From NCBI GenBank assembly GCA_964057225.1, contig OZ059895.1:5890001-5954000 (forward strand): a DNA stretch of 64,000 nucleotides, given 5' to 3'. The stretch is from Auanema rhodensis (taxonomy: Eukaryota; Animalia; Nematoda). The position numbers and the translations under genes were made by a program. Under the pieces are notes generated by a model. The model was not told where the DNA came from. It did no database searches and worked only from the letters and a program-made list of their open reading frames with translations. Positions 1-12,660 of the stretch are shown here, in pieces (the stretch's first letter is position 1; every line of letters begins with the position of its first letter).

Positions 1-335
1 ACGGTTACAATGAGCTAATTTCTTCATGATTTTCCTTATTGACTACTTTCAAGTCTCAGTATTTATTGAAATTAGACATTTTCTTCTCTCTTCCTTCTTT
101 CTTCCTTCTCTCTTCCTTCTCTCATTTTCTTCTTTTTCTTTTTTTTTTGGCCCAAAATTCAATCCAAATACTTATGGAGGTCTTAAAATGAATAATTATT
201 TGAAGTAGTTTTTCCTTCCGATTCCGCCTTGTTTTCCAACCATCTTCTATGTTTGAGCCTCAGTCATGCCAGCATTCTTTGCATGTTTAATGGATTTCAC
301 ACCTTCTAGACACAAAATGAAAATGAGAAATATAT

Positions 336-349
336 GAGAGAGAAAAAGA

Positions 350-407
<58 letters not shown>
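336..407. repeat. (GA)n microsatellite
   Basis: Imperfect GA dinucleotide run seen directly. Confidence 0.9.
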
Positions 408-408
<1 letters not shown>

Positions 409-754
409 GGTTATATAGGAAAATGGAATCAGCAAATGGAGAGAGTTGTTATGAGAAGAAGAAATCATGAAATGTGGAAAGAAGATTTCAGTAGCCACAT
501 TGGAATGAATGATTCTAAAAGATTTTTTCAGAATTTTAATTTCTTTAAAGAATTTATGATTAATGATTTATGTTTTAAGAATTAAATAATATTTCAATTG
601 AAAACGGAAATGAATTTTTTTTGAAAATCAAAAAAATTCTAAAATTCGGTGATGCAGACATATGAATACTTATATATTCTCCCCCGGAAACATCAGACGA
701 TACCTCTCTTCCTCCTCATCCCCTTTACCTGTCTCTCTCTCACTCTCTCTCCTC

Positions 755-786
<32 letters not shown>

Positions 787-1967
787 TGTCTACTATACCT
801 ATTTTCATCTTCAAACACTTCGAACTAGCTACAACATTCTCATTCTGTCACAATGTTTTACCAAAATGTCAATTGACATACCTGTAGTAAAACGATTTTT
901 GAAAACTTCAACCTTGCATATGATGAAACTTTATTTCATAAATATACTATACATATAGTATTCATAGCTATTTTCTCATCCTTCTATCTGTCAGCTAGAC
1001 AAGGTTTGCCAACCAATCAGCCATAGCCAATTTCGATTTAGCTCATTCTCAAAATTGTTTTTTTGACGTCAAATACGTTATGTCAGTAAAGATGATTCTG
1101 ATGATGAGATAGTCCATAAACTGGTTCTTCAGTTCAACTTGATGATGATGATGATGATGATCATCATCATCACTCATAATCGAAATTTTCAGAGTTCTTT
1201 AACTATACTATATAATCTATACTATATATGTATATATTAACTATACACCTTTATATAATATGAAATATGATGATTCATCTTCTAAACTTAATAACAAGAT
1301 TATCTAATCATTATAAGCTCATTATTTTATCTTTTTTTTTCAAATTTTTCTCCATTTTAAACTAATTTTTCTTTTTTTTTTTTTAAATTCAAAGTTTCCA
1401 CAAAAAAAAAACTTTGGAAAAGTAAATGTAATATAATCATTTTTTCGTTTCAAAAAAGATTCTGAAATTCTGAAATTTAAAGAATCCACATGTTTTCATC
1501 GTTTTCTGATTGAAAATCTTATCATGTAGACATTTCTTCAACAAAAAAAAGTAAAACGATGTTGTAAATGATGTTTCTAGAATCGTGTGCTCTTCCATAC
1601 TTTTATTCTTTTTTTGTCTGCCAACACAGTTTTCTACACCCCCCCCTCCTTCCGTTCTTCTCTCTCTCTCAATGTGTTTCTCTCTTAACAACCACTTTCT
1701 TTCATTTATTTTTATTCCTTTCCTTACTTATTTCTTGAAATTTTCATTTTCTTATTTTGTTTTATAAACCGACCGAACCAGTCATTCCGATAAAGGCTTA
1801 TTTTCTTTTTTTTTGGTCAAAAAAAAAAATAAAGATCCAACCTGCTTTTGTTCTTTACTTCATGTATATTTTTGTTCTTTTATAGCAGCTGCTGTGAAAA
1901 TGGCTATTCTGTTGAAATAATACAAGTTGTTTGTCCTAAAAAAAGTCTTTTTATCTCTTCACCCTCT

Positions 1968-2008
<41 letters not shown>

Positions 2009-4663
2009 AAAAGATTGGATTGCTCTTACATGCAGGTAAAGAGCTAAAGAGAAGAAAACGAAATTTTGATTAATTCAGATTTCTAGAAATCAAGCTTCGT
2101 TCCTTAAAAAGATTGAGAGAGAGAGAGAGTTTTTGAAACTTACAACACTTGTATGTTTCAACTTTACTATCTAAGTAAAAGCTGAATATAACTCAACAAA
2201 TCGCTTATTATAGTGACCTGTGCTGAAACTATAAAGCTATGAGCTGACGTTGTATATTAGAATCTAAGATTGAGCTGCTTTGAATTATGTTTTGTCTTCA
2301 AAGCAATGATCGGCAATCTTCTCTATTGCTCTCAGAGGCTTCCTTTGAGCATTTTTCTTTTCATCTTAAGACATCAAATAAAAAAAATAAAAAAAAGAGC
2401 TGATGATGATGATCAGTTAGAAGACAATTCGTAACCGACTTACTACCCCAATTTTTGCTCGTTTGCTACACATCATTTTCTTTCTCTTTATGTCTGAAAG
2501 AAGAGAGAGAGAGAGAAAGGGGAAAAGATAGAGAGAGAGATAATGCTGTTGTTCTTGCTGTTTGTTGTTTTGGGGAGGACTTGTTGTAGATATTGGGCGG
2601 CGGCATATAGCAACATAGAAAGGCAAACTACAAGAGAATGTCACAAAGATGCAGAAACAGATGATTTTATGATGATGATAATGTCCGTTTTTCATTGTTG
2701 TCCAGTTCATATGTCTGTTCCCCTCTCCTCTTTCTCTCTCTATCTATCTTCCTATCTCTTTATCAGCTTAGTTTGTTATACTTTTGTAATAAAAATCACA
2801 TCAAAGTGATGTTTCTTTTATTGAATTAACCTTTTTTTCCTCTACTTTTCTTATTTTTTGAGTATCAATTCTAGAGTAAACTAGATCTTCATTTCGCTCT
2901 ACTCACTTCACACATCATATCTCAGCTTTTTCACGTTAATTCTCCTCATCACTGCTTCATCTTAATAGCTAAACATCCGGCATCGATCCCATAAACTTGC
3001 AAGGAAAAGACACCTGAAAAAGCATTTACTCTTCACATCAGCAACAATGCTCACAGATGACCAAGCTGCCAAAACGCACAACAAGCTGCTCCTTCATTCT
3101 TAATTCTTACTACTTCTTCTTCTCTCTCTCTCTTTCTCTCTCTCTCCTAATGTTCATTTTCTTTCTTCTTCTTATCCTTCATCCTTTGGAGTTTCTCGAG
3201 GTTCAATGAGGTCCAGCTCGACGATGAGAACAGCTGACAGAGCAGCTTGTTCAAGTCAATTGCTCGAGCCATCTACTCCTTAGTACGTTTTTTTCAATTT
3301 TCATTGATACCTGCCATTCATAAATATATTTTTCTAGTTATCTCTCCAGTCATGTTTTTTTCATTATAATATATATTGTTCTATGCAGTTTTATATAGCT
3401 TAGTAGTAAGCTTAAACTTCATTTTTCTAATGATTAGTTGTCTAAAAATAGCAGAAAATCTAATAATATCACCCGAAAAATTCATTATTTCTATAGTATA
3501 CCTGAAAACTAATCTCACTCTCTCTTCCACTCCCTATCTCTCTCTCTCTCTCTTTCTCTCTCCAATTCTCTGAACGTTTTTTTCCTCTTCTTCATAATTT
3601 CCAAATTCTTATCTTAATCAATTGTTTCAATTTCACTGAATTTCAATAATAATTGGCTTATCAGCCTTATCATTACTCCCATTTTCAAATGCCATTAGTT
3701 CCATAACACCCATCCAAAATTGTTTTTTTTTCTTTTCTTAATTGTTTTTCTTGTATTTTCATCGGCATAGGACCAAAATATCAGTAATGTTACTTGTTTA
3801 TAGACAAATATAATCAAGTAAATTACATTGTCTTATCATGAAAATTGAAATATTTACATAAAAATTTGTCTTTTCAGCCTTTTCTAAACAATGATTGGCT
3901 GATCGTATACTCTTCTTTATATACAAAAGATATCAATTCATAATATTCCATTATCAGCTTTTCAAATTATAAATTTCTGATGTATCATCAACAAATTTGA
4001 CAAAAAAAATTTTCATCGTTTTCGAAGATTTTTTTAAACAAAAAATGTTTTTTCTGAAACTTTTTTTTCCAAATAAATCAATGATACACATGTTTGTCTT
4101 TGTCATCCTATGGATGTTCTCTATTTCCTTCAAACCGTGTGTCTGTGTCGATCTGTGTCTGTGTGTGTGTGAACTTGGCACCACACAGCTCACAGCTTTA
4201 CCTCTGTCTGTCTCTTTCCACAGCCTGTGCTTGTCACATCAAAATGCAAAAGCTTATTTGAAGTCTTATTCTAATGCTATTTCAAATATATTTTCTGTTT
4301 TTCGTTTATTATATAGTAAATAGCTTATTGACATTTAATTATTTGGTCTAAATTTCTTTTTTATTTCTTTCTGGACAGAAGAAAAATATTTTCTTTGATC
4401 ATAATTCAGTTGAGAGTTGCTTTTGTCCAATTGGCTTCTTCTGCTCAACCTCTTCCTTTCTTTTCTGTTTTCAAACCATCTCAATTGTATACAATATTCT
4501 CTCACATATCAATCACATTGCTTGTAAACACAATTTTACAAAATATTTTTTTTTACCTCCTCATCATACAGCTAATCTTTGATTTTGCTTTCCATTCTTC
4601 AATTTTGACTCAATTAATGATATTTTTTGCCTTTTATTCAACCAATACTCTTTTCATCTCTCT

Positions 4664-4700
<37 letters not shown>

Positions 4701-5055
4701 GTACCTACCTCTTCCTAACTTCTTTCCCATTTAATATCTTTTTCTTCACACTTACTCATAACAATGCATCGTTGTAATTATTAAAAGTCGTTTTAATCTT
4801 CAGAATCATTTCATCCCTACCAATATGGCTACTTCTCTCTCACCATACTAATGCTTGATCAAACTTCTACAACTTTTTCAGCTTCAAAATCAACGATAAA
4901 GATAAAACATCTATCTTTAATCCTCTTATTATGTACTTTAGCTACCTTACTTTCCATATAAAGAAATTGATTATTTCTATTGAATATATAATTTCTTTTT
5001 TTTAATTTTCCAACTAATTAATTCTTCTTTCCTGAATCTTCTTCTAATCAAACAT

Positions 5056-5057
5056 TC

Positions 5058-5146
<89 letters not shown>
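5056..5146. repeat. (CT)n microsatellite, the longest of many CT tracts in 0.7-42 kb
   Basis: About 90-nt CT run seen directly. Similar tracts occur near 1970, 5655, 7475, 20462, 25780, 27393, 35196 and 41670. Confidence 0.95.
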
Positions 5147-5150
<4 letters not shown>

Positions 5151-5649
5151 TTTCGTTTAATAGTTCCAATTGTTTTTCTTAAGGTTTTTTTCATTTCTCC
5201 ATGCTGTTCACACGTACGCATAACATAGGATCGACCTTCGGCCCAACTACTAGCTTTATTCTATGATTGTTCTAATTTCTATTCAGTACCCATTTTGAAT
5301 GATATATGCATATGGTAGTTTTCTTTTTTCTTCCCTGCCTTTCTATCTTTCTTAATCTCTCCCTCACTCTTTCTCTCTCTCCCTCTCTCAATCTTTTACT
5401 TTTTCTCTTTATCTTTAGCTTGTAAACCTCGTAACATTGCATATTCATCTGATGAAGAAAACGTTTTCATTCTTTGTCTACTCATTTTCACTATTCATTG
5501 TTATCTTTTTTCAAATTTCAAATGTATTTGTTTCACATTTTGGATATTTTTTCCTCTTGTACGTAGATGTTCAGTCTCTCCAATTCCGATTGTCAGGTTT
5601 ATCTTCTTTGCCTCCATGTATAACTGTCAAAGGACAACTTTTGCTTAAA

Positions 5650-5693
<44 letters not shown>

Positions 5694-7472
5694 TTCTCTC
5701 TCTCTATTTCTCTCTATATATCTCTTGTTTCATTTTCTTTCAAAATTACTCTTTATGTAACGGTACTGCTGTTCTATTGTTTTGTTCCAAAGTAGCGGGA
5801 CTGCCGTCTACTTTCTGTCCAATGTCAGACAAGCCTTCCAGGCGATTCACGTCGTTTTACTTATGCTAATCACATCTGACGCAACTTATTCAGCCAACTC
5901 CAGCCTGCCTTTACGCATTGATTTCTGTTCTGTCCAGCTTACTTTTTTTCGTTTTCGCCTGTTTTTCTGCTCCAAACATTCCCGTCCACATCAGTTCTTC
6001 TGTCATCCAAGCATTCCTCTCTCTCACTCTCTCTCTCTTTACGTGCTGAGGAATGAACAAAGTTTTCTTTGTCCTCTATTGCCCCACTGCTGTGGTTGTC
6101 CTCTAATGGCTTCTGTCTGTCATTTTCAGCTTTTTTTTCAAAAATTTGTTCTCACCTACTACGGTTCAATTTTTAGATGTAAAACACAAAATGTTTATTA
6201 AAGATTAATATTTCAACTAAAAAACTTTTTTTTTAAAACCGTCTGTTTTAGATAATTTCTGGTAAAATATTTTTCTTTTTTTTCATCATCAACTAACTAA
6301 TTAACTATTTTAAATTTACTATGCTATTCGATAAAATAATAATATTTATAAAATTCTCAATTGCTTCACTAACTAACTGTTCATTCGAGTCAGTCATTCT
6401 ACTAATCATATACAGATGCTTTCAAACTACTTCCGTTCTTTTCATTTCATCTTTTTACATTTTTTTATTTTTTCAATTATATTTATACTAACTATACATT
6501 CTTTTCTTTTCAAATATTCAACAAAAAAATTCTCTTTAAACTTTTCTTTTTTTTTTTGATTTTAACATTATTCACACAGTTCTATGCTTCACTTTTCCTC
6601 TATTCTCCATCTTTTCTATCCCTCTCTCCCTCTATCCTCCATCTCTCTTTCTCTCTCTAACTACGTATGAATGTATGAATCTCGATAGTCTCCGTTTCCT
6701 CTCATATACGTTCACATACCATTCTGTAGAACAAGACACAATACAAGTCACTTGTTGGATGAGAACTAAACCATTTGACCTCTTTTCGTCTGTTTTCCTT
6801 TTTTGTTTCGTCGTCTTTACTATCTCTTTCTCTTTTTCTCTCTACCTCTCATTTTGTCATTTAGTTTCTTCTCTCTTTCTAGTTTCTGAAAGAGAGAGAG
6901 AGAGAGAGAAAGATTATCGGCAACAGCTGGATGTTATACATGTTCCTATTCAATTATCAATTAATTTTATACTTTAATTTTATTCACTTCATCATATTTT
7001 CCTTAACAATTTCATTTCATTCCCTCTCGCATGCACTACGTCTTATCTCTTCTTCCATAAAATTCTGATTTTGATTATCAACATTGAATTTGTTCGTTCA
7101 TTTTCAAGTCTCTCTCTCTTTCTCTTCCTTTCTCTCTCTCTCTCTCTCTTTCGCTCATTTTCTTTTGCCTTCTCTCTATATTCTCCTATTTCCTATTCAA
7201 TATCATATCTATTGTATAGATTTTGAGGATTTTTTTCATTTTTTTTCAAATACGTCTATATGATCGTATATTATAATGAAAAAATTATATTAACTTATCT
7301 TATATTCTTTCAGAAAAATCATTTTATACTTTCAATGAGCTCATCATCATCTTCCCTCTCTTTAGAATGGCTCTTCAAACTCACTTTTTCAACATTATTC
7401 GTTGACTTTTCTCATCTCTTACACTATTTTCTATGTTTCCTTTATATCTGTTAATCGTTCTTTTACCACTTT

Positions 7473-7526
<54 letters not shown>

Positions 7527-7634
7527 TCTCTCTCTCTCTTTGTCAATCTGACTCTTCAAATTATTTTACCTCGTCGTCGTCATTTCATTTCCATATAAAA
7601 AACTTGTCGCCAAACGTTTTTTCTTTGATTTCAG

Positions 7635-7801
7635 AAGGATCAGTGGCAGATTTTGGACCTGCCGCATCGATCTATCGCCTCACCTTGTCGTCACACCGGA
7701 AGAGACAACAAGGCGAACGAACCCGTGATTTACTGGACTGTAAATCTATGCTTTAAACTATCAGCAACTTGTTGAAATTTGCATTTTTCGTTGTAAAGCA
7801 G
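7635..7801 (+). other. Probable non-coding 5' UTR exon of the downstream SLC6 gene
   Basis: Strong acceptor (ttctttgatttcag) and strong donor (CAG|gtgagt) bound a higher-complexity 167-nt segment containing only a start-Leu-stop mini-uORF (ATG CTT TAA, 7748-7756). The next strong acceptor precedes the SLC6 ATG (ttttcag|gATG, 12660). The link to that gene is inferred. Confidence 0.4.
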
Positions 7802-8064
7802 GTGAGTATCCATTTTTTGTTATTTTTCCTCATGTTATTTTCTTTTTTCTTTTATTTCTCTAATCATTTTCTTTTATAATAATATTATCTAATTGTTTAT
7901 TTATCTCAATTTCTTGTTTTTTTTTGTCTCTTCCCCCCCCCTCTCTCTCTCTTTCGTCAGTTCCTATTTCAATCATATTCAATAGATTACGGCAATTTTG
8001 CCATCATTCGCACCTCCATTCAGCACCCCCGCCACCCTGTTATTCCATAAACATATAATTTTTA

Positions 8065-9346
8065 GGCTCTTGTGCAGATGTTGCCACCCCACAATTTCTG
8101 AATTATTGGTTCCTCACTCGATTGTTATCGAGCGGTATGGAACCAACAACTGTTCGCGCGATAAACAACCGCTAACCTATTGACTATGCGCGCAACTAAT
8201 TAAAAAGTTTTGGAAGGTAATATATACAGACAACCGCTTTTTATCATTAAAAATGAAAAATTAACAAATTTAAATCATTTCGATTCTTTATTTCGATAAT
8301 AATGGCTGCTTTCATGGATTTTTGGCTTCTAATTTGCACAAAAGAAAAATGCATTCAATTTCTACAAGAAAAGAATTTGCTCCCAAAAGAAAGAACTTGT
8401 ATTTGTGGTACGAGAATGAAGTTAATGCTTTCTGAAAAGAGAGATAGATTCCGCTGCATTGATAAAAAGTGCAATAAAGAGCTCAGTTTAAAATCAGGCA
8501 CATGGTTTGAAGGTATATTTAATTAATGGCATATATTTCTTTATATATGCTTTAGATTGCCATCTCCCACTACCAATCATTGTGTCATTCATATATTGGT
8601 GGAGCGAAGAATTAACAACTATAGAGTTTTGCAAAAAACAAATGAAAATTAATTCTAACCACACAATTGTGGATTATAATAACTTTCTTCGAGAAGTTTG
8701 TGCTTGGCGTCTTCTTCAAGACCCTGTTGTAATTGGTGGTCCAGGTTACACCGTGGAAATTGATGAGAGTTTGGTATCTAGAAGGAAATACAATGTAGGT
8801 CGCATGAAAAAGCAGACATGGGTTTTTGGTGGCATTTGTCGCGAAACAAATGAATGCTTTATCTATGTTGTTCCTGATAGAACCAAAGACACTCTTGAGT
8901 CATGCATCAAAGCTTCCATAAAAGAAGGAACTACCATCATTTCTGATTGTTGGAAGAGTTATAATGGTATACCTCTGATGGATATGAATTACAAGCACAT
9001 GACCGTCAACCACTCGAAGAATTTCGTGGATCCTTCTACTGGTGCTTGCACCAACAAAGTAGAATCAATGTGGAATGTAGCCAAAATGAGATTCAAAAGA
9101 ATGTGGGGAGTACATGAAGGAATGTTAGATTCATATCTATGTGAATACATGTACAGAAAAAGATTCAGAGGACAGGATATTTTTGAATTAATTTTAAATG
9201 ATATCGCTTGTTATCAAAAGTCATTATCAAAATAAATTATCTTTTTCAATATAGTTATTTTTTTTCGCGCAATAGACAACCGCTAACAAACAAATTTTGA
9301 ATTTTAATTGCATAAATTGTAGGGTGGCGACATCTGCACAAGAGCC
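8065..9346 (+). mobile_element. Merlin/IS1016(ISXO2)-superfamily DNA transposon, full length (1282 bp)
   Basis: Left TIR GGCTCTTGTGCAGATGTTGCCACCCCACAATTT (8065-8097) matches the reverse complement of the right end (9314-9346) at 31/33 positions. An 8-bp target-site duplication AATTTTTA lies at 8057-8064 and 9347-9354. The element encodes a DDE transposase. Confidence 0.95.
8302..9235 (+). CDS. Merlin DDE transposase, 296 aa, 2 exons (8302-8512, 8556-9235)
   Basis: ORFs 8302 and 8507 join through a 43-nt GT-AG intron (8513-8555) to give ...GTWFE-D-CHLP.... It has an N-terminal Cys ribbon (CICG...FRCIDKKC) and ISXO2/DDE_Tnp_IS1595-type motifs VEIDES, WVFGG, IISDCWKSY, VNHSKNFVDP and TNKVESMW. 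Confidence 0.93.
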
Positions 9347-10578
9347 AATTTTTATTTAATTTCTCTCTTTAACCCTTCATGTATACTCTCTCTTTATATT
9401 TTTCTCTTTCTATCGATCTTTCTCTCTTAAAAGATATTTTTCTCACAAAATTCCAAGATTATTACCGTCCTTGAATGAAAACACAAAAGCGTTTGACAGA
9501 AAATGAAATTGTCGTCCATAAATATTTTGATTTGTCAAGTGATTCAATATTGACCAGCAGCAGCACGTTGTATTGATTTTGTCTTCGACAGCCATCGCCA
9601 TCGTCGTAGTGGTCGTCGTTGTCGTCAACTTTGCTGTCGTCGGGCCTCGTTATGATGGTCATATCGATGTTTTTCTTCCTTATTTTAGACAATATTAACC
9701 GGATCATTACTATGTCCTTTTGGTATAGCTTTTGTAGTCAGCCTAATTACAGGTTTTCATCTGAATCACGGATCGAATATGACTGACGACGATGAGTTGT
9801 CATCATGTCATCTAGCTTATTATATAGTATTTGAAACACATTTACACCTTTTCTCCCCTTTTTTCAATGTATTATGCCACATCTTTTTCTTGTCCTAGAC
9901 CTGCCTTTGGTCATTGTTTTGCCCTCATTTGTTTCGTCGTTTTGAATCATCCTAACGCTGCACCCGAGAACGACATGAAATTCACAAATGATAGCCATCT
10001 GACGAGAAAACGTCCATATACAAAGGTTTTTCTCTCTTTCTTGTCCTCTCTCTACTTTTCTTCCTGCTATGTTATGATATGTAGGCAGTTCGTTGTCATC
10101 TTTCGTCTGCATTTGTTTCCTACTTTTTCCGATTATCTTCTCCGTCTCTTCTCTCCGTATTCGTCTTATCGTTTTACTGAATCGTTCTACTGTCGTAACC
10201 AACACCTTTTCATGTCTTATTTCAATGAAACTGACTTTTCATACTACTTTTTGCGCTCTTCCACACATTACTTACATATCATTTCATCTTAACCTCTGCT
10301 TCCTCATCTTCTACTACAACTAGTGCTTTTCATCTAGCTATTCTTGTTCAGAAAACCTTAATCTCTATGTATATGTTGTATTTCTCTACTGGACAAAAGC
10401 TCAATGACTTCAGCCCATCCACCAAATAATTCCAAACATTGTCTTTCCACAACTCCAATGTTTCATCTCTCATCTACATCACACAAGACACAAAAGCTTA
10501 TGTTTCATTTTCTTTTTTTCGTGTCATTTCCTTCTTCTTTCTTCCTTGTCTGATGGACAACAGAACAGCTCATCATGT

Positions 10579-10582
10579 ACAT

Positions 10583-10619
<37 letters not shown>

Positions 10620-10647
10620 ATCGCAGCAGCACCATCAGCAGCAACAA
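10579..10647. repeat. Compound CAC/CAT/CAG trinucleotide repeat
   Basis: catcaccaccatcatcatcat...cagcagcagcag seen directly. Confidence 0.8.
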
Positions 10648-12660
10648 CTCTCTTGTCTCTCTTCTCACAATCATTATTGTCATCGTATTTTCTATTTTGT
10701 TTTTTATAAATCTGTTCCTTGTAGTCCACTTTCATATAACTTTTCCACTTATCTCTTCTTCTGCTTCTCCCTTCTTCTATTTCAATCAACACTCTCCTTC
10801 CTCTTCAACAGTTATTCAGTCAAATAACTTAGCTAATTAATTCCTAAATCATTGTATTTGTTATTGAACTGAACGACGGATGTTTCGCAGCAAATAGTAA
10901 TATTTTTTGTTCAAAAAACAGGAATAGGGTGCATAGGGGAAGGTTGGCAGGGCAAAGTAAAATAGTGAGACGTTCTAGGGTATTTTCCTCTCTCACCCCC
11001 CTCTCTCACTCTTCATCTCACACACAACGTACACCAACACACATACACATCTACTTCATTCCTGCCCCTCTTCCTCACATGGCTTGTCCTGCTTCTAGCC
11101 GTTTTGTACTGGTAAACATGCACAGAGCATTTTATTGTCTTTTTCTTAGCAATTTTACTTTTCCCGTTTCTTGAGCTTTTCATTCTCTCATGTTCTTACT
11201 TATCCTCTTCTTCCACAGCTTCTCCCTCATCTCATTGCCCGTAATTTGTTACCTCGACTTACACATCAAAAATCCGTTCTTGTCATCCAGAAAATGAATG
11301 TCGTCCAGATTCCATAAAACCGAAATCTCCCTTTTATTCGTATAGGCTGTCAGTAAGCTCTATTCAGTTTTCCTCAAAAATTCTTCCGGATTGTTTCCTT
11401 CCCTCTTTCCTATTTCAACTATTCCTATGCCAGACAGCATGGCTCATTGCCTGTCCTCAGTGTTGACAGACTGTTCAACAACATGTTGTTATAGTGGTTT
11501 TTCTGTTTTTATAACAGATTTTTAACTGACCATTTGAATATTTTGGTTGATGCGAAGTATGAATTGTAAGATTTGAACAAAGCAAAGTTTTATGTTTTCT
11601 TTTCACATTTTTCCTTTTTATTTTTATATTATTCATTTTTATTTTATTTTTTATTTTTCTATATTATATTATTATAAAATATTCTTTTATATAACATATT
11701 CAAACAATTTAAGACAATCATTTAATAGTATTGATGAGAATTGAAATATATGCTTACAAACCGTGCTCTAATCCATTTTCACTTAATGCTATATTCTATT
11801 CCCTCTTTCTTTTCTTACTTAATATTCACACATTTATTTAAGCAACAGCTTCAATCAAAAGGACGATCATACCCATATGTTCATTCATTTCAACTTTCAA
11901 CTTTCTAAATTCTCACGAATACTCTGTCTACTATGCTCACCTTCTATGTGCCTCTTAAGTCCTTCAAGAGTTTCCCTCTTATTTAATAATTCCTTTTATT
12001 CATGTTTGTAGTTCGTTTACTCTCTCTCTCATGTTTCCCATATAACCTTTGACTATTTTTCATAAAATTATGAGGCAGAATAGCCTCAACAAATCAACTA
12101 AGTCGGCTAATCTTCAAAAAAAGATTCCAATAGCTTGTTTTTCTATTCCTTTCTTCTTGTCTACTTCTCTTCCTACTTCTACTACTACTACTACTGCTTG
12201 ATACTAGACAATTCTTTCGTTTTTCATGTCGTCATGTTCCTTTTTTTCTATTTTTGTCTTCACCATCATCTTATTGCCTTATTTTCATCATTTTTTCCTC
12301 TGCCTGAACTCTATCTATCCCTTTCCTTTTCCTATCTATTTGATTTTTTTCTTGGGATCTGTACTCAATATCAAATCCTGTCATCAACTATTTTTATTTC
12401 TAATTTACAATCAATCAAGCATGTAGTCAGAACAGAGAGCGAGAGAAGTTTCCGCTATTATTGTCTCAGCAATCTCATTCCTTGAAGTCAACTTGATGAT
12501 TCAGATTCTTGATTATCAATGAGAAAATCTTTCTCTCTCCCACTCTCTCTTAATCTTTTGGTTTCAAACTGTCTGTATCATTGTTACTCTCAAGATACCA
12601 TCAATAATCACTTCATTTCCTTTTTAATCACTATTTCTTTAACATTTTTAATTTTTCAGG

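Noticed and set aside
1149-1172. 24-bp perfect palindrome (TGA)4(TCA)4
   Set aside because: Head-to-head trinucleotide microsatellites; too short and low-complexity to support a miRNA or element call.
26-7756. Many 60-140 aa ORFs rich in SLSLSL/F, here and at 21-27.7 kb and 37-42.6 kb
   Set aside because: They are translations of (CT)n and pyrimidine tracts that lack stop codons; no domain content or splice logic.
8302-8526. Apparent frameshift or pseudogenisation between the two transposase ORFs, or a bacterial IS contaminant
   Set aside because: A 43-nt GT-AG intron restores the frame, and a spliceosomal intron plus nematode flanks indicate a eukaryotic Merlin element.
10439-10840. Poly-His/Gln ORF with a hydrophobic stretch
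   Set aside because: Explained by a trinucleotide repeat and T-rich DNA, starts at a non-ATG codon, and has no supporting splice sites.
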